A stretch of 64,000 bases of DNA from Candidatus Marinacidobacterales bacterium (GTDB taxonomy: Bacteria > Acidobacteriota > Vicinamibacteria > Marinacidobacterales > DATDRI01), in assembly GCA_965219415.1 (NCBI GenBank), contig CBDCNP010000002.1, positions 960,001 to 1,024,000 of the forward strand. The letters run 5' to 3'. The notes under the pieces were generated by a model that saw only the letters and a list, made by a program, of their open reading frames with translations, searched no databases and was not told where the DNA came from. This document shows, one piece after another, positions 62,388 through 64,000 of this stretch (the stretch's first letter is position 1; each line of letters opens with the position of its first letter). A program made the position numbers and the translations under genes.

Positions 62388-63374
62388 ATGACAGGACACG
62401 ACTCAGAGGCTGACCTCACGCTGACGCGCGCCGACTTCGACAGAGCCCATAAGAACGTGGCACCCCACGTTTACCACACACCTCTGCTCACCTCTCGCTC
62501 GCTCAGCGAGGCCACCGGGTTCGACATTCGCTTGAAGGCCGAGATGTTTCAGAAGGGCGGGTCGTACAAGGTTCGAGGGCCGACGCACAAGATCGCTCGA
62601 CTCACGGAGGCCGAGCGCGCACGGGGCGTCATTTGTTCTTCGGCCGGCAACCATTCGCAGGGAGTCGCGATCGCGGCGCGGCAGTACGGCGTGAAGGCGA
62701 TCGTCGTGATGGCGAAAAATGCCACTCCTTCCAAGATCGCGGCCACCAAGGGCTACGGGGCCGAGGTTGTGCTCCACGGGAGCATATGGGACGAGGCCAA
62801 CGAGAAGGCGCTGGAGCTGGTCGAGGAGCGGGGCCTTACGTACATTCACCCCTTCGACGATCCGGACCTGATCGCCGGGCAAGGCACTGTCGGACTGGAG
62901 ATCCTCGAGGACTTTCCCGAGGTGGAGCTCGTGATCGTCCCCATCGGCGGGGGTGGTTTGATCTCCGGTGTTTCGATGGCACTGAAGAGTAGCAAGCCGG
63001 ACATCCGTGTGATCGGGGTCGAATCGTCCGGTGCACCGGCCATGAAGAAGAGCGTCGAAGCGGGCCATCTCATCACGTTGAGCCAGGTCGAATGCATCAT
63101 CGATGGACTGCGCGTGAAGACAGTCGGCGAGAACACACGGTCAGTGGTCTCCCGTTTTGTGGACGAGATCGTCACCCTACCCGATGCCCAGATTTTCGAA
63201 GCGGTGCTCTGGTTGATGTCCCGGACGAAGCTCGTCACCGAGGGGGCAGCAGCCGCCCCGGTCGGCGCGCTTCTCCAGGGATTGATCAAGGCCTCTCCCG
63301 AGACCAAGGTCGTTTGCGTGCTGAGCGGAGGTAATCTCGACGTCGAGCAGCTCCGTGGGCTCAGCTGGAACTGA
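62388..63374 (+). CDS. PLP-dependent threonine/serine dehydratase family protein (no regulatory domain)
   Basis: KAEMFQKGGSYKVRG, SSAGNHSQG, PIGGGGLISG, LSGGN. Confidence 0.92.
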   Translation: MTGHDSEADLTLTRADFDRAHKNVAPHVYHTPLLTSRSLSEATGFDIRLKAEMFQKGGSYKVRGPTHKIARLTEAERARGVICSSAGNHSQGVAIAARQYGVKAIVVMAKNATPSKIAATKGYGAEVVLHGSIWDEANEKALELVEERGLTYIHPFDDPDLIAGQGTVGLEILEDFPEVELVIVPIGGGGLISGVSMALKSSKPDIRVIGVESSGAPAMKKSVEAGHLITLSQVECIIDGLRVKTVGENTRSVVSRFVDEIVTLPDAQIFEAVLWLMSRTKLVTEGAAAAPVGALLQGLIKASPETKVVCVLSGGNLDVEQLRGLSWN

Positions 63375-63459
63375 TCGGAACCATGTCGGGGGTAGTGAAT
63401 TCCTGTAGGTTTGAGCGGTCTTATGGTCGCGTATTCTTCTTGTAGGATAGGTTCCGAGC

Positions 63460-64000
63460 ATGAAACCTCTTACAGCGATTAGCTTCGCGTTTATTGCAAC
63501 GCTCACCACCACCGGTGTGACTGCACAGCAAGTGCGCCCTCCTCTTGCTCTCGAGGACGGATGGACCACCGCTTCCCCTCGAAGCAAAGGTCTCGATGAA
63601 GCTCCGCTTGTGCGACTGACGACGGACGTCCGCTCTGGAAGCTTCCGCAGAATCACCAGTGTCCTGGTGGCCTACGACGGTGTACTGGTCTACGAGGAGT
63701 ACTTCGATGACGCCGGCCGCCCTGCCTTGCGTGGCACGCGATCCGCGACCAAGACCATAACCGGCATGCTCGTCGGAGTGGCCGTCGATCAAGGACTCCT
63801 TGCGGGCGTCGACGCGCGCGTCACGTCGTTCTTTCCTGACAAAGCACCGGTGCAGAACCCTGACCCGCGCAAGGAGCGAATAACGGTCGAGGATCTCTTG
63901 ACCATGAGTTCCCTCCTGGAATGCGATGACTGGAACAGCTTCTCGCGCGGTAACGAGGAGAGGATGTACCTGATCGAGGACTGGGTACAGTTCACGCTCG
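63460..64000 (+). CDS. Serine hydrolase (beta-lactamase class C-like), 3'-partial (absent from the ORF track)
   Basis: Signal peptide MKPLTAISFAFIA; ITSVLVAYDG, RSATK (SxxK), ITVEDLLTMSS; open to the window end. Confidence 0.88.
   Translation, partial: MKPLTAISFAFIATLTTTGVTAQQVRPPLALEDGWTTASPRSKGLDEAPLVRLTTDVRSGSFRRITSVLVAYDGVLVYEEYFDDAGRPALRGTRSATKTITGMLVGVAVDQGLLAGVDARVTSFFPDKAPVQNPDPRKERITVEDLLTMSSLLECDDWNSFSRGNEERMYLIEDWVQFTL

Overview
GC-rich bacterial chromosomal segment. By gene content (winged-HTH/TPR regulator, PEP-CTERM, kinase/J-domain/TPR, kinase-TolB remnant, GldA/GldFG/DUF4340 ABC module) it most resembles Acidobacteriota such as Vicinamibacteria; this is inference. It is dominated by secreted hydrolases, often as tandem paralogues (amidohydrolases, two M28, three M14, M24, M20, GH43, serine hydrolase). 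It also holds a TRAP transporter, a hydroxyproline/imine-type trio (DHDPS-family, LhpI-like, Tat-RidA), a DUF692 (MNIO)/DUF2063 RiPP-type cluster whose Cys/Gly-rich precursor survives only as a headless 3' end, a ~6 kb delta-60-repeat/C25 gingipain-like surface-protein gene, an intact IS256 with TIRs and 8-bp TSD splitting a DHH phosphoesterase, a degraded DUF222/HNH element and BoxC-like palindromes (one amplified 3x in tandem). No rRNA, tRNA or CRISPR array was seen. Many genes carry single-base homopolymer indels (probably sequencing error), but there are also gene stumps and in-frame stops that look like real deletion or decay. The most notable unexplained items are the decapitated MNIO precursor abutting an AraC start codon, a 45-bp promoter/leader motif shared by two unrelated genes 2100 bp apart, a zincin-like/RTX/DUF885 fusion heading a TolB-TRAP operon, a pseudokinase-J-domain-TPR gene, and a possible GT-C/GT2/PAP2 glycosylation module beside the giant surface protein.
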